Assembly: GCA_013265495.1 (NCBI GenBank)
Contig: MU058584.1
Coordinates: 496,001 to 560,000 of the forward strand
Origin: Vicugna vicugna
Taxonomy: Eukaryota
Direction: 5' to 3'
DNA: 64,000 bases
Shown here piece after piece: positions 50,106 through 60,900 of the stretch (position 1 is its first letter; the number at the start of each line of letters is the position of its first letter). Under the pieces are notes generated by a model that saw only the letters and a list, made by a program, of their open reading frames with translations, was not told the origin of the DNA and searched no databases. Made by a program: the position numbers and the translations under genes.

Positions 50106-53100
50106 GGTAAGTCAAGTTAAGTGAGATAGAAAGTACTCTTTAATATGTTCTTATTATGGAAATAAGGTAGAAAAAAAAATCCTAGGCAGCGCTTCTGAAG
50201 GCTTCAAAATAAACGAAAAGGGCTTCTGGTCCTGAAGGGAGAATGAGGAGTTCAGATCAAGAAGAGCAAAGGCAGAAGAAAGGCTGGTGTTTATGAGATG
50301 GAGTGTGTACTGAGTCCTACAGGAGCAGTTTCAATAGAGAGGTGGGGGCAGAGTCTGCCAGGGATGGAAAGGAGAACCATGGTATAATGAGTTGGAACTT
50401 AGCAGTGGGGTCAAACAAATACTATGTTTTTAAAAGAAAAGATAGTAATAACTTTATAAAGGATGAAGACAGAAGATTTCTTAAAATGTGTATAATTTTT
50501 AAAGCATTATTTAAAAATGGAATTAGTTATTATCCTAATTTAGAATATAGAGGTAGGATCACATTCTTAGGAGAGAAGATAGACTATATTGTCATTGGTT
50601 ACTCCGTTGTTCTGTGGAGCCAAAAAGTGCTCTCAGAATCCTTAAAGGTGACTCCAAAACCCATGTTGTTTATCCAAAATCAGAGAGAGGCAGTTCTACT
50701 TGATGAGCTCCCTTCTTTCAAACTTCCATGTGCCCAGGTCCCCAGCTCAAACCCTGACGTGTGTTCCCTTCACTCCATTGTCACCGGATTACGGATGTGG
50801 GGTGGGGCCAAGATATGAAGGGTCCTGAAAGATCAGGGAAGATGAGCAGACCTGGAGCTGAAGCCAGTTGTTTGCTTTTGATACATTCATATCTCATTTG
50901 TCCTTTCCCTGATTTGTAAGGGACAGGGTGACTGTCTGCATCTTCCTGTGTTATTTTTCTGAGAATGAGTGTCTTCTCCTCCATCCTCCCATTGTGTTAG
51001 GTTCTTGAAGGGGCCTCTGCTAAACTGGGAAAACTGATAACCAAAGATGTGGAAGCAGCCCAGCCTGTAGACTGCTCCCTAACTTCTCATCATTTACGGG
51101 CCAGCCCATCTGAAGGGTATGAGTGTCCATCCCTCTAGCTGTGAGTGATGTTTCACATCGACTTGATGTCTTTATTCCCTCCAGCTCTGGGATCTTTCAT
51201 AGACCGTATCTTTTCATACATATGAATGAGTAGGAGTTACTCACCCAATTTTATGCATGGAAAAGCTTATGAACTAAGAAGGGGAAGGAAAATCATTCGT
51301 GCTGTCTGGCTTCTTGGTTCCCCAGGGCTGCCCTACAATTTGTTATTTGCCCCTGCTAAAAATTCCTTTTTCTCAGATGCCAAGACCTTTCACCCTCTTC
51401 TGCCTGTCAACTCTGTCAGTACAAACACACTCTCCTTAGGTGACCCCATCTTCTCTGAGGTTCCTCAGATCTCCTCCTCCCCTTAGACGTTTGTGTCATT
51501 GCCCACTGACACTCTGTCCCCTGCCTCTTTGCATTTCAGACCCGTCTCCACTTGTTCCTCCAGCACCGTGAGCATTCGCTACCCTTTCCCCAGCTACCGT
51601 GTCTCTCACTTTCCGTGGACCCCCTCTTGCTCCCTAGCAGTATGTCCAGCTCTCTCCCGTCCTGGAATACCTCCTTCAGCACTGCTGACCCCGTTCTGTC
51701 AGCAGGCGGCTTCCTCCCAAGGCCTTGAGTGTGTTTTCACCAGTGCCTACCATCCTGCAGTTCCTTGTATGCTGACACTGGTACCCACCACTTGGCCAGC
51801 CTGCTCCCTCGTGCCCGTCGTGTGTGTCCCCACGTCTCCCGACACACCAGCAGTTCCAGGACCTCCCGCAGTGCCACCCTTCCTCCTCCTCCTCTTGTTT
51901 CTCCTCTTATTTCATTTTTTTCTGCCTCCTTGTCTTTTGTTTGTTTTCAACCCTACATAATTATATGCATGTTTATCTTTCACCATTCTTCATCTTTATT
52001 TAAAAGCAAGTTCTGCTCTTTAATCTTTATAGGCTGACAGGGTTCCTGGTATTTAGAAAGTCTCAGTAAATGCCTAGGATGGACTGTGAGGCTCCAACAA
52101 GGGACTGCTGACCCCTAATTCATTCGAGGGCTCGTGACTCTGTGTCCCGTGCTCATGTTAGCACACACATTTCTTCTCTCTCCTTCCTCCTCCTCTTCTT
52201 TCATCCTTTCTGCTCAAAAGTCATCGTATGCTGTGTAGAAAGCACCAGGAATGCAAAGACAGATAAGGCAGAGCTCATCTCAAGGTCCTCACGGTGACTC
52301 CTCCTTCCCATGACAGTTCTTCAGGTAAGTGCCCAGGGGAGCATGGCTGAGGTGTAAGCTTTAAAATGACCAAATAATACATACCACTTGTTGTTAAAAG
52401 ATAAAGTAGTGACAAGGTTTTATAAAGGAGAAAGTCAAGAGCTCTTCCTTCCACATCTGTTGCTTCTAGTACCACTGCATGTGCAAATGTACACTCAGGT
52501 GTGTTTCACGGTCCGCTGTTACTCTGTTGACAGTTCTCCTGTGAGCCTGTTTTTCTCTCAGGAACGTGTCAAGGACTTCCTTCCACATCCGTATTTAGAG
52601 CCTTCCTATGAGAGCTTTGACTCTGAGAGTTCCAGAGCAAAAGTGATGTTTTAGGGAAACCTGTGGCGTGGAATGCCATGCGCCCCAAATGTGAGGAGAC
52701 TCAAGTCAGGGTGGGGAGCAAGGGAGAGATTGCCCAGCAATCTGAGGATAATGGCAGAGTGTCTGTACAAAAGGGTGACAGCAGTAGAAAGTGTAGAGAG
52801 GGGTCAGTCTGCAAGCTGTTGTGAGCTCGGACCATCCAGGCTAGTGACAGTCTGAACACAGAGGGAATGAGGGAGAATCCTCTTATGTGAGGAAGTGGGG
52901 AGAAAAAAACACCAGTGACTTCACCGTGAGTCTTTGTAGTTTTACCTCGGCCCTTTCTTTTTCTCTTTCTTTTTTTTCAGATGTACACTTTGATGAATTT
53001 TTGATAGAGGTATACACCAATGAAACCACTACCAAAATCAAGATAGCTAACATTCCCATCACCCTCAAGAGGTGCAGTTTTCAAATTCCCAATTTATCCT

Positions 53101-53892
53101 TCCCACCCCCTTTACCCGTGGTAACCATTAAGTTTGTTCTCTTTACCTCTGCCCTTTCTGAGGGCTTCCTGCCTCTGGTGGATCTCACTTGGTAATTAAA
53201 TTCAATCACGATAGTTCTAAGCATGAGCTCCATGAGGCCACACCCATTTTGTGCATTACTGTATCCCTACTGCCTGGAGTGGTCTGTAGAGCATAGTAGG
53301 TGCTCAGTAAACACTGCATGACAAACCAAGGGCAGGCTTGTCACTGAAACATTCACTTCAAAAAGGCCGTTAAACCTACTTGTCTTCTTGGTGGCCTTAT
53401 TCTCTGCCTCTCTTGGTGGCCAAAAGCACAGCCCAAATGAGGTAGGAAACCAGCCAGAGGGTGAATAGATGTGCACAGCAGAAAACTGAAGATGGCCACA
53501 GGCACCATCCAAGTCAAACCCCTGGACCAGTCTCTCCGTGCCAGGCCTTCAAGGGCACCTTTTACACAAATAACGATGGAAAATCCAATTAGGCCAAATT
53601 TAGAAAACGATGTAATTAAATACTGTCTACCTGGGAGGGAACTACCCTGTGGAGGAGAGACCAGGGGAAGAGGGAAACCAGGCCTGGTCCCAGTTCTATT
53701 ACTGAACGACTGCCTGGTTTCAAATTTCATTACTCTTTTCTTCCTGCTCTCCTTTCTGAGCGCGTAAAGGGAATTCACTTAGAATTTGTGCAAAGCATTG
53801 AAGAGTCTCGCATGGAAAAGTGTGTGCAAAGTAAAACCAGCCCTTCTCCCCATGACACCTCTCCTTGTTACCAAGTAGATACTCGCCTGAGT

Positions 53893-54078
53893 ATCCACTG
53901 GATGGTCTTGACCTTTTACAGGGCGGGATACAGGTATCTTTATGAATCTGATGAAAACAGGATTCTCTCCCCAGAACAGTTAACTCTCATACATACTTGC
54001 AAAATTCTGATTTTTTTTTGGATAATTCATAGGCTGCCTAGTCCTGAGGTTTATCAGTTCCAAAGTAAGACCCCTGGT
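53893..54078. mobile_element. hAT-Charlie-type MITE
   Basis: gaatctgatgaaaacaggattctctccccagaa...taagacccctg. Confidence 0.5.
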
Positions 54079-57049
54079 GCCAGTAAGTATTGTAAGCCTC
54101 TTCGAATATTTCACATGTCAAGCTAGAAAGGTTTATCGTTGGCAGCCCTACTATAGGAGGAGAAACAAACAAGCCAGTCTCACTTTCTTCGTAACTTAAT
54201 GCTTCAATGATCAATGGATTTTACTTTAGCATCTCGTGTCATTAGAGGAGTCTTACTCAAAACAAACCGATCTTTGTGTTGGTGGGTTTCAAATTAGGTA
54301 GGGGGAGAGGATTTATGTAGAAGACCTTATGATTACCCTGAGTGTCCTGGGGTCACAGGGGTATGGGAAAGCTGGCATAGGGTCTGTTTCACACCAGTAA
54401 GTAAGGATTATTGTGTGACAACCTCAACACCAGAGGTCAGTAAAGAAAGATGGTCCTTGTTCCGCAGCCCATCTCCGGCTAGCCCTTGCCATTAATAGGT
54501 GGTCCCCAGGACTGTTGGCAAGACAGTATCATAGCTCATCCCACAGTGACAGCCGGACTCTGTGTTGCAGGACCCTGTCCTCCAGCCTGGCTGGGAAGCC
54601 CTCTGTGGGCTCCTCTTTGTGTCTTGGCACAGTTCAGAGGAAGGGTGGGGATGTCCCTCCTCTAAGAGTATGGCGGTTGTGAGCCCGGTCTTCCTTTCTC
54701 CTTCCTAGCACAGACCTCAGACTGTGGAGGTGAGGGTGACTGGGAGGTCCAGAGGGTAATGTGTGGAATTCAGCAAATGTGGAATGGGAAAAGCGAAACT
54801 GTCCGCGGGTCCCCACACCCTTTGTCAGGAGACCCAGGGAAGCAGCCATTGAGGAGTTAGGGCTTTTCCCAGTTGCTGGCAGCAGTCATGATCGAACCAT
54901 GACTGAGTCCTCTGTGTTCGGTTGTATTTGACATTTCTGCCTGTCAGATCCTTACTCATCTTTCAAGGTTTCTTTTAAATACATGTCCACCAGGAATTCT
55001 TTCCTGATTTCATACCCACCCCCACAGTGGGGATCTAATTTCTGTTTCTGCTCTGGACCCCGAGGCTTTATAGCCCGTAAGTTCATCCTTGTATTGTAGT
55101 TATTTGTTTATCTGTCTTATGTTTTTAGTAGGAGCTGCATCTTATTCATTTTTATGTCTCCTTGACTACTGCCTTGTACATAATTGTGCTCCAGTCATAT
55201 TTTTGTTAAATCGAATTGACTTCTTCTTAAATCTTTGCAAAACTCCCAGGAAGTGGGTATACTCATTCTAGAGACCTCTATCCACGATTGGGAACCAGAC
55301 AACCTAAGCACATTTGTTGAACCCTGGATGTGACCCATGTTTGAAGGTATTTGGGGAAGGTGACCAAAAACTTAGCATTAAAGCTTCAGAACATATACTC
55401 TGTTAGAAGATAACAAACAGCACACAAACGACTATTAAAAAGGCAGCATTGCCTTTGAGAACACTGAAAAACACAAAGCCGAGCGACCTTGTTCAGCTTT
55501 GCTCCAGGAGAGGGCCCAACATCTCTTCATGCTGCAGGACTAAGCACAAAGCAGGGCTGCCTTTGAAAATAGGCTCCTTCCTCAAGTTGGCCAAGATGCC
55601 ACCAGCCCTGTCCTCTCTCACTGCTGTGCAGTTAGCTCTTTGCTTGAGGGGTTGATGGCCTTTTCTTGATTATCTTGGCCTTGGACTGTATCTCTTGTCC
55701 AGTTGCTCTCATAACTATCGGAGGGCAGATGGGAGAAATGAAACCATAATAAACCGTAAGTGTGTTCATCTTCGTTTTTAGTGATGGTCCCAATAAAAGG
55801 ATGTTTGGAGGGGAAGAGCCTCAGAAGGACCACCCCTGATGGCTGAGATCTGCACATGAGCTTGTTGTCTCTCATTGTCTCCCATTAGCACACAGTCAGT
55901 CTTGGAAGATGATACTGACTGCCAGAGGTGGTGGGGTACTGCTGGTGCATTGCCTTCGAAAGTTGGAGCGGCCATCTGGGCAGTGGGCTAGTGGTCGGAT
56001 CTGCCTATCCCTACTCCCAAACACTATTAAAAAAGAAGAAAAAAAATATGAATGTGTGCGTGCACATGCACACATAATACATACATGTGCACACATTTAT
56101 TTTTATGTATGTGTGCAAATATGTGTGTTCAGGAGTGTTTTTTAATCAGAAGAGCTAAATCTAAATCCCTCCCAACTGCCTTTGTTCACTGATGGAAAGG
56201 ACACAGCCCTAAGGAAACAATGAAGCCTGGCAGATGCCTTAGCTGACAAAGAGGAATTTGACAAGCTAAATGCAAGAGAAACTGCAAGCGCTCATAAACC
56301 AGGTCCCAAGAGAACCTTTAGTGTCCCTGGCAGGCCTCCCTTCCCAACTCCCACATATTTACATGAGCCCTGTCTTTCAGGCCTTCAGAGCCAGGATGGA
56401 TCCATATGTATCTCCTCTCTAATGAGATTGCAGCAGAATGTTTCTGATTGCACATACTTACATTTTGAGCCATGGTAGTCACCCTCACCTGGGGGAGAGG
56501 GAGGTACGGAATGCACAGTAAAATGCAGATCTGGAGCAGGTGAAACAGCCTCTGCTTTTAATCAGGACACTTTCCTGAAAGATTAGACTGACCTCACCCC
56601 TCAACCAGTCTCGTTCCTCCGACTTGCACGTCAACACAGCCTCAACACCATGCTAGAGAAAGGCTTAGCTGATTGAGGAAGGCCACCAAAATGCTGTCTA
56701 AGAAGGGGAGAGGGAGCCGAGCCAGGGGTCGACGGCCCCCTGTGCGGCAGGTTCACAGTCGGTGCCCCCTGCCCAGAGGAAGCACTGCGGCCTCTTTTCG
56801 GAGGTGAACTTCTCCGGTTGGACCCTGTCTCCTCTCTCCGTCTGTTTCTTGAGCCATCATTTTCTCTGCATTTCCCCTGGATCTTGAGGCTATTTCTGTC
56901 TTGCTCCTTTTTTAGCCTATAAGTAGGCTCAGGTTTTGCCATCGTGAAAAGAAAAGATACTCCTGCGGCCGACCACGCTAGCCTGCTCTTTCCCCGCCAG
57001 GCTCCTTGGAACCGCGTTTGCTGTGTGTATTCCCGAAGCCTCCACTCGT

Positions 57050-58100
57050 TTTCCAGCTCGTGACAGTTGGGCTTCCTGTGCCCTCTACAGGGACCGTCCT
57101 TGCGGAGGTCACCAGGGATGTCTTAGCTGCTGAGTCTCTGGCTCACTTTCTGTCCCCATCCCATTCGGTTTCTCTGAGGCACTTCATGCTCTGGCCCTTT
57201 CCCTCCTCCTGGAGACTCTTTCCTCACTCAGCTTCCGTTGTGGGTTTCCCTTATTCCTCCTCTGCTCTCCTGGTTTTTCCTGCTCTATTTTTGTGCCAGC
57301 TCCCCTGTCCTGTCCTCCGTTTAAATGGATCCTGTTAGTGGGATTCTCTCCATGAGCCCTGCTCTTGTTCTACTTGCTTCCCAGTGGATCTCATGTTTCC
57401 CATGACTTCAGCCACCCTCCCAAGTCCCGATGATCCTGTGTCTTGCCTCTCTCCTGGGTCCCTTGTTTCCAGTCATCTCATAGGCAAGTCCCTCTGAGTG
57501 CTTTGGTGGCTCCTCATCATTGACCTGTTCATAACCACAGACCTCTTCTTCCTTCCCTGTCCCTTCAACTTTTTCCTGCTTCTGTGTCCCTTGACCCAGT
57601 TAATGTTTAACCCACTCGCCAGGTCATTCCAAGCGACACAACTCAGACTCTTCTTCTTCCCCCTCCTTATTCTCACATCTGGAAGAATGACTCTTGAATC
57701 CATGTCCCATCCATGATCACAGCCTCTGCCTTAGTGAGGCCTTCAGCTTTTCTTGCCTGGACTCCGGTTGACCAGCCTGGCTGTGCAGTCTGGGCACTGC
57801 TTAACCCAGGGCGTGTCAGTCACCCTGCCCTGTGCTTGGTCCCTGACTTACCCAAACTCTAACCCTCATGACAACTCCCCTGTTTGTGGATGACAAAACC
57901 AGAACTTGAGGCTCAAAAGACTCACCTGGAGTCTCACAACTGTAAGCAGCAGGGCAGGGATTGAGTCTCGCCCTTCTGCCTGGCAAGCCCTGGGTCCAGA
58001 TTCTTTCTTCCCTCAGGTGTTCCATACTGCAGTAACCTGTTTATTGGCCTCCCTGCTTCTGCTCATGTCCTCCTCCAGTCTCCCCTTCACAGAACCGTGA
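57050..58100 (+). mobile_element. LINE-2 fragment with a nested MIR (~57860-57995)
   Basis: ggaggtcaccagggatgtc..., tcccatgacttcagccacc..., tctgccttagtgaggccttc; MIR gggattgagtctcgcc. Confidence 0.6.
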
Positions 58101-58108
58101 CTACCAAC

Positions 58109-58615
58109 TGTGTCGTTCCCTTGCTCAGGCCCCCATCAGTGCCCTGAGCCCTCCAGGCAAACTCTGAGCAGGCCCTGACCTCCCTGTGTTCCCAGCTCCT
58201 GCCAGCGCCTCGGCACGTGCTGTGTTCCCGGTGCCCAAGCAAGCTGCGCTGTTTCGCAACTCCGTGCCTTTCTGTGCGCACTTCCCCTTGTAAGGAGTTT
58301 TCTCCTCTCCTGTCTCTGTGATGGACAGCTTTCCTTTGTTCCTTCCTCTGGATCTGCTCTCCCCAGTGCTAGGTGCCCGGGGAGGCTGGCCTGTGTGTAC
58401 CGCATCAGTGGGCTGCTTTGCTGGGGCACACGGTTCTGTTTCCGGGTTCTGGTAACCTCTCACAGCCCTGCCCCCACAGGCCTTGGGGTGCTGAGGGCTC
58501 CCCGGGGTACTGTGTTTCCCTGCACTCTGCCTTCACCTTTGTAAATAGTCCCTTATTAAACTCTCCCTGAGATGACTCAAATTATCTGTTTCTTGCCAGG
58601 ACTTGGACTGATCTG
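58109..58615 (+). mobile_element. Old ERVL-type solo LTR
   Basis: 3' end cctttgtaaatagtcccttattaaactctcc...tctgtttcttgccaggacttggactgat with an ATTAAA polyA signal. Confidence 0.55.
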
Positions 58616-59281
58616 TTCCCCAAGCCCCAATTCTTGCCACCTCCCACGTGTTCTTCAAGAAGTCACTCAGGCAGCAGCTAACCCCACACCGCCGTACACT
58701 TTTGCTGGCTCGCAGGCATGTGGCTGCATCCCCTCCACGACCTGTCTGTAGCACTCTGTCCCACACGTGTCTCCTCCATCAGCACTCTGAGCTCTTCAAG
58801 GGCGAGCTCTGAAACTGCTCCTCTCTGTGTCCCGAGAGAGTATGATATGGGGCAGGGGAGGAGGAGGGTACAGAGCAAGATGTGCATTTCTTAGAATAAA
58901 GGTTATTCTTTATTCGGGCCAGCCACCCCGAAGGCACTGTAATCCCTCAACAACTGCTCTTGGAAGGTGGGGAGACAGAGAGGATAAGAGAGCTTCCAGT
59001 ATAAGGAAAAACAAACAAAAAACTCTGGCCACCTGAGGCCTCCCAACCCACCCCTTTCCCAAACTTGTAAAGTGAAAACAGAAGACCAGTGAAAAGTGAT
59101 TAGAAATTAAAAGAAGATCAAATATGAATCAGTTCGTTTTAAAAATTTTGCTCTAAGGTATGTTAGTCATCTAGAAGTAAAGATCCATTGTCCCTTATGG
59201 TTAAAAAAAAAAAAAGACACTAGACTGTGATGGAAAGGGACATGTCCTAGGAGAAACCAGAATGGTTCAGCCATTACTCCT

Positions 59282-59283
<2 letters not shown>

Positions 59284-59324
<41 letters not shown>
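59284..59324. repeat. Compound (GT)n(GA)n microsatellite
   Basis: About 14 GT units followed by about 6 GA units. Confidence 0.95.
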
Positions 59325-59325
<1 letters not shown>

Positions 59326-60098
59326 ATTAGGGGAGTTGACAATGTTGGTTGTTGACCTGCCCTGCGCTCCCCGGCTTGTTCTCTTATCCTCAGGTTCTGC
59401 TTCAGGTGAGCTGTGATTCAGACCTCCTCTGATGCAGCACCGGGCATCATCAGGCAAGCAGGTCAGAGCAGTCAGAAAGAAAAAAATGTTAGGGAAGACA
59501 AGTATCTGGACGTTGCCAGCCAGGCATACCTCGAGCCCTGGGGAGGCGGGGAGTGCCCTCTCTTCATTTCCTGTCCCAGCACATGAGGTTCCCCATGTGC
59601 TGAGCAAGTGGCCTGAGGGTGAGGGATTAGAGCTGAGTACAGAGTGTGTTATGGAATGAGTCCTGGGAAGCTTGAATGGGTCCTTTAAAGGCTGCCCTTG
59701 GAAAGGCTAAGCTGTCCTTAGACCTGTATAGTATTCCTGGGTTGGTTTATCTGAAGACACTTGGAAGGAAGGCGGCCGTCAGGGAGAGCAAAGCAATTAA
59801 GCACCACTCACTCAGGTGTCCAGCGAAGATCTTACCCACAAGAGAATGAAGGTTTTGACTATAAAGAATCTCTAAAGGCACCCAGGCCTTGGAAAATTAT
59901 CTGGAATAAGAACATTCAGGGGTTCCTAGGTGGCATAAATGTGCCATAGCACCAACTTCTAGCTGGATATAGAGATAACAGTCGTAGTAATGACAATCTA
60001 ATAGTCAAACGGTATTTGACAGTCATTAGTCAGCTAAGCAGATAATGTGGATGTTAACTTGGTTAAGGTGGCCAGGGTTCAAATTCTGTCTCCGAGAC

Positions 60099-60565
60099 TG
60101 TAGCGGGTCAGACTGTGTTCTTCAGAAAGGTATGTTGAAGTCCTAACTCGTGATACCTGTGAACGTGACTTTATTTGGCAGTAGGGACTTAGCTGATGTA
60201 ATCGAGTTCAGACGAGGTCATAGTGCATTAGAGTGAGCCCTAGGTGTAATAACTGGTGTTCTTATAAGAAGAGAGAAATTTGGAGATGGACGCATAGAGG
60301 GGAGATGCAGGGCGGAAGGCCATGTGACGATGGGGAGGCAGCATGCTGGAGTGATGCAACGCAAAGCTAAAGAATGCCAAGGATTGCCGCCACCACCTGA
60401 CGCTAGGAGAGAGGCATGGAGTGGAGTCGCTCTCAGAGACTCTAGGAGAAACTAACCTTGTGAACATCTTGCTTTCTGTCCTCTGGCCTCCTGAGCTGTG
60501 AGAGATTAAATTTAACCCATCCAGTTTGTGGTAATTTGTTACAGAAGCCCTAGGAAACGAGTACA
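60099..60565 (+). mobile_element. MaLR solo LTR (MLT1C-like) inserted in a MIR
   Basis: tgtagcgggt...tatgttgaagtcctaac...gtggtaatttgttacagaagccctaggaaacgagtaca; MIR sequence on both sides. Confidence 0.85.
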
Positions 60566-60725
60566 GATGCCCAATAGCTAAGTGACCTTGAGAAAGGTGA
60601 CTAAGCCCTCTGTTTCCTGATTGATAACATGGGTACAGTGACAGTACCTACCTCATAAGGTGGTGAAGATTAAGCAAGTTTTTACCTATAAAGTGATGAG
60701 AGCAGTGCCTGGCACATGAGAGCCA
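60566..60725 (+). mobile_element. MIR SINE (3' part; 5' part at ~60055-60098)
   Basis: gtgaccttgagaaag..., cagtacctacctcataagg..., cagtgcctggcacat. Confidence 0.7.
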
Positions 60726-60767
60726 TACCCTAGATTCGCAAATATTCTTGATTGATCACCGCAAGTT

Positions 60768-60900
60768 TTTTTGAGCACCTACTGTGTGCCAGGCACTATG
60801 TATAAATCATGTCATTTGATTCCCGTAACAATCCTGTGAGCCTCTTCTTGTGCCATTTTGCAGTTAAGAAAACTAAAACTCAGAGCTTTGAGAGAGTCGA
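60768..60900 (-). mobile_element. MIR SINE
   Basis: ttgagcacctactgtgtgccaggcact...aacaatcctgtgag...cattttgcagttaagaaaact. Confidence 0.7.

Noticed and set aside
50303..50818. 171-aa ORF, longest in the track
   Set aside because: Non-ATG start, overlaps degenerate repeat and AT-rich sequence, and resembles no protein family I recognise.
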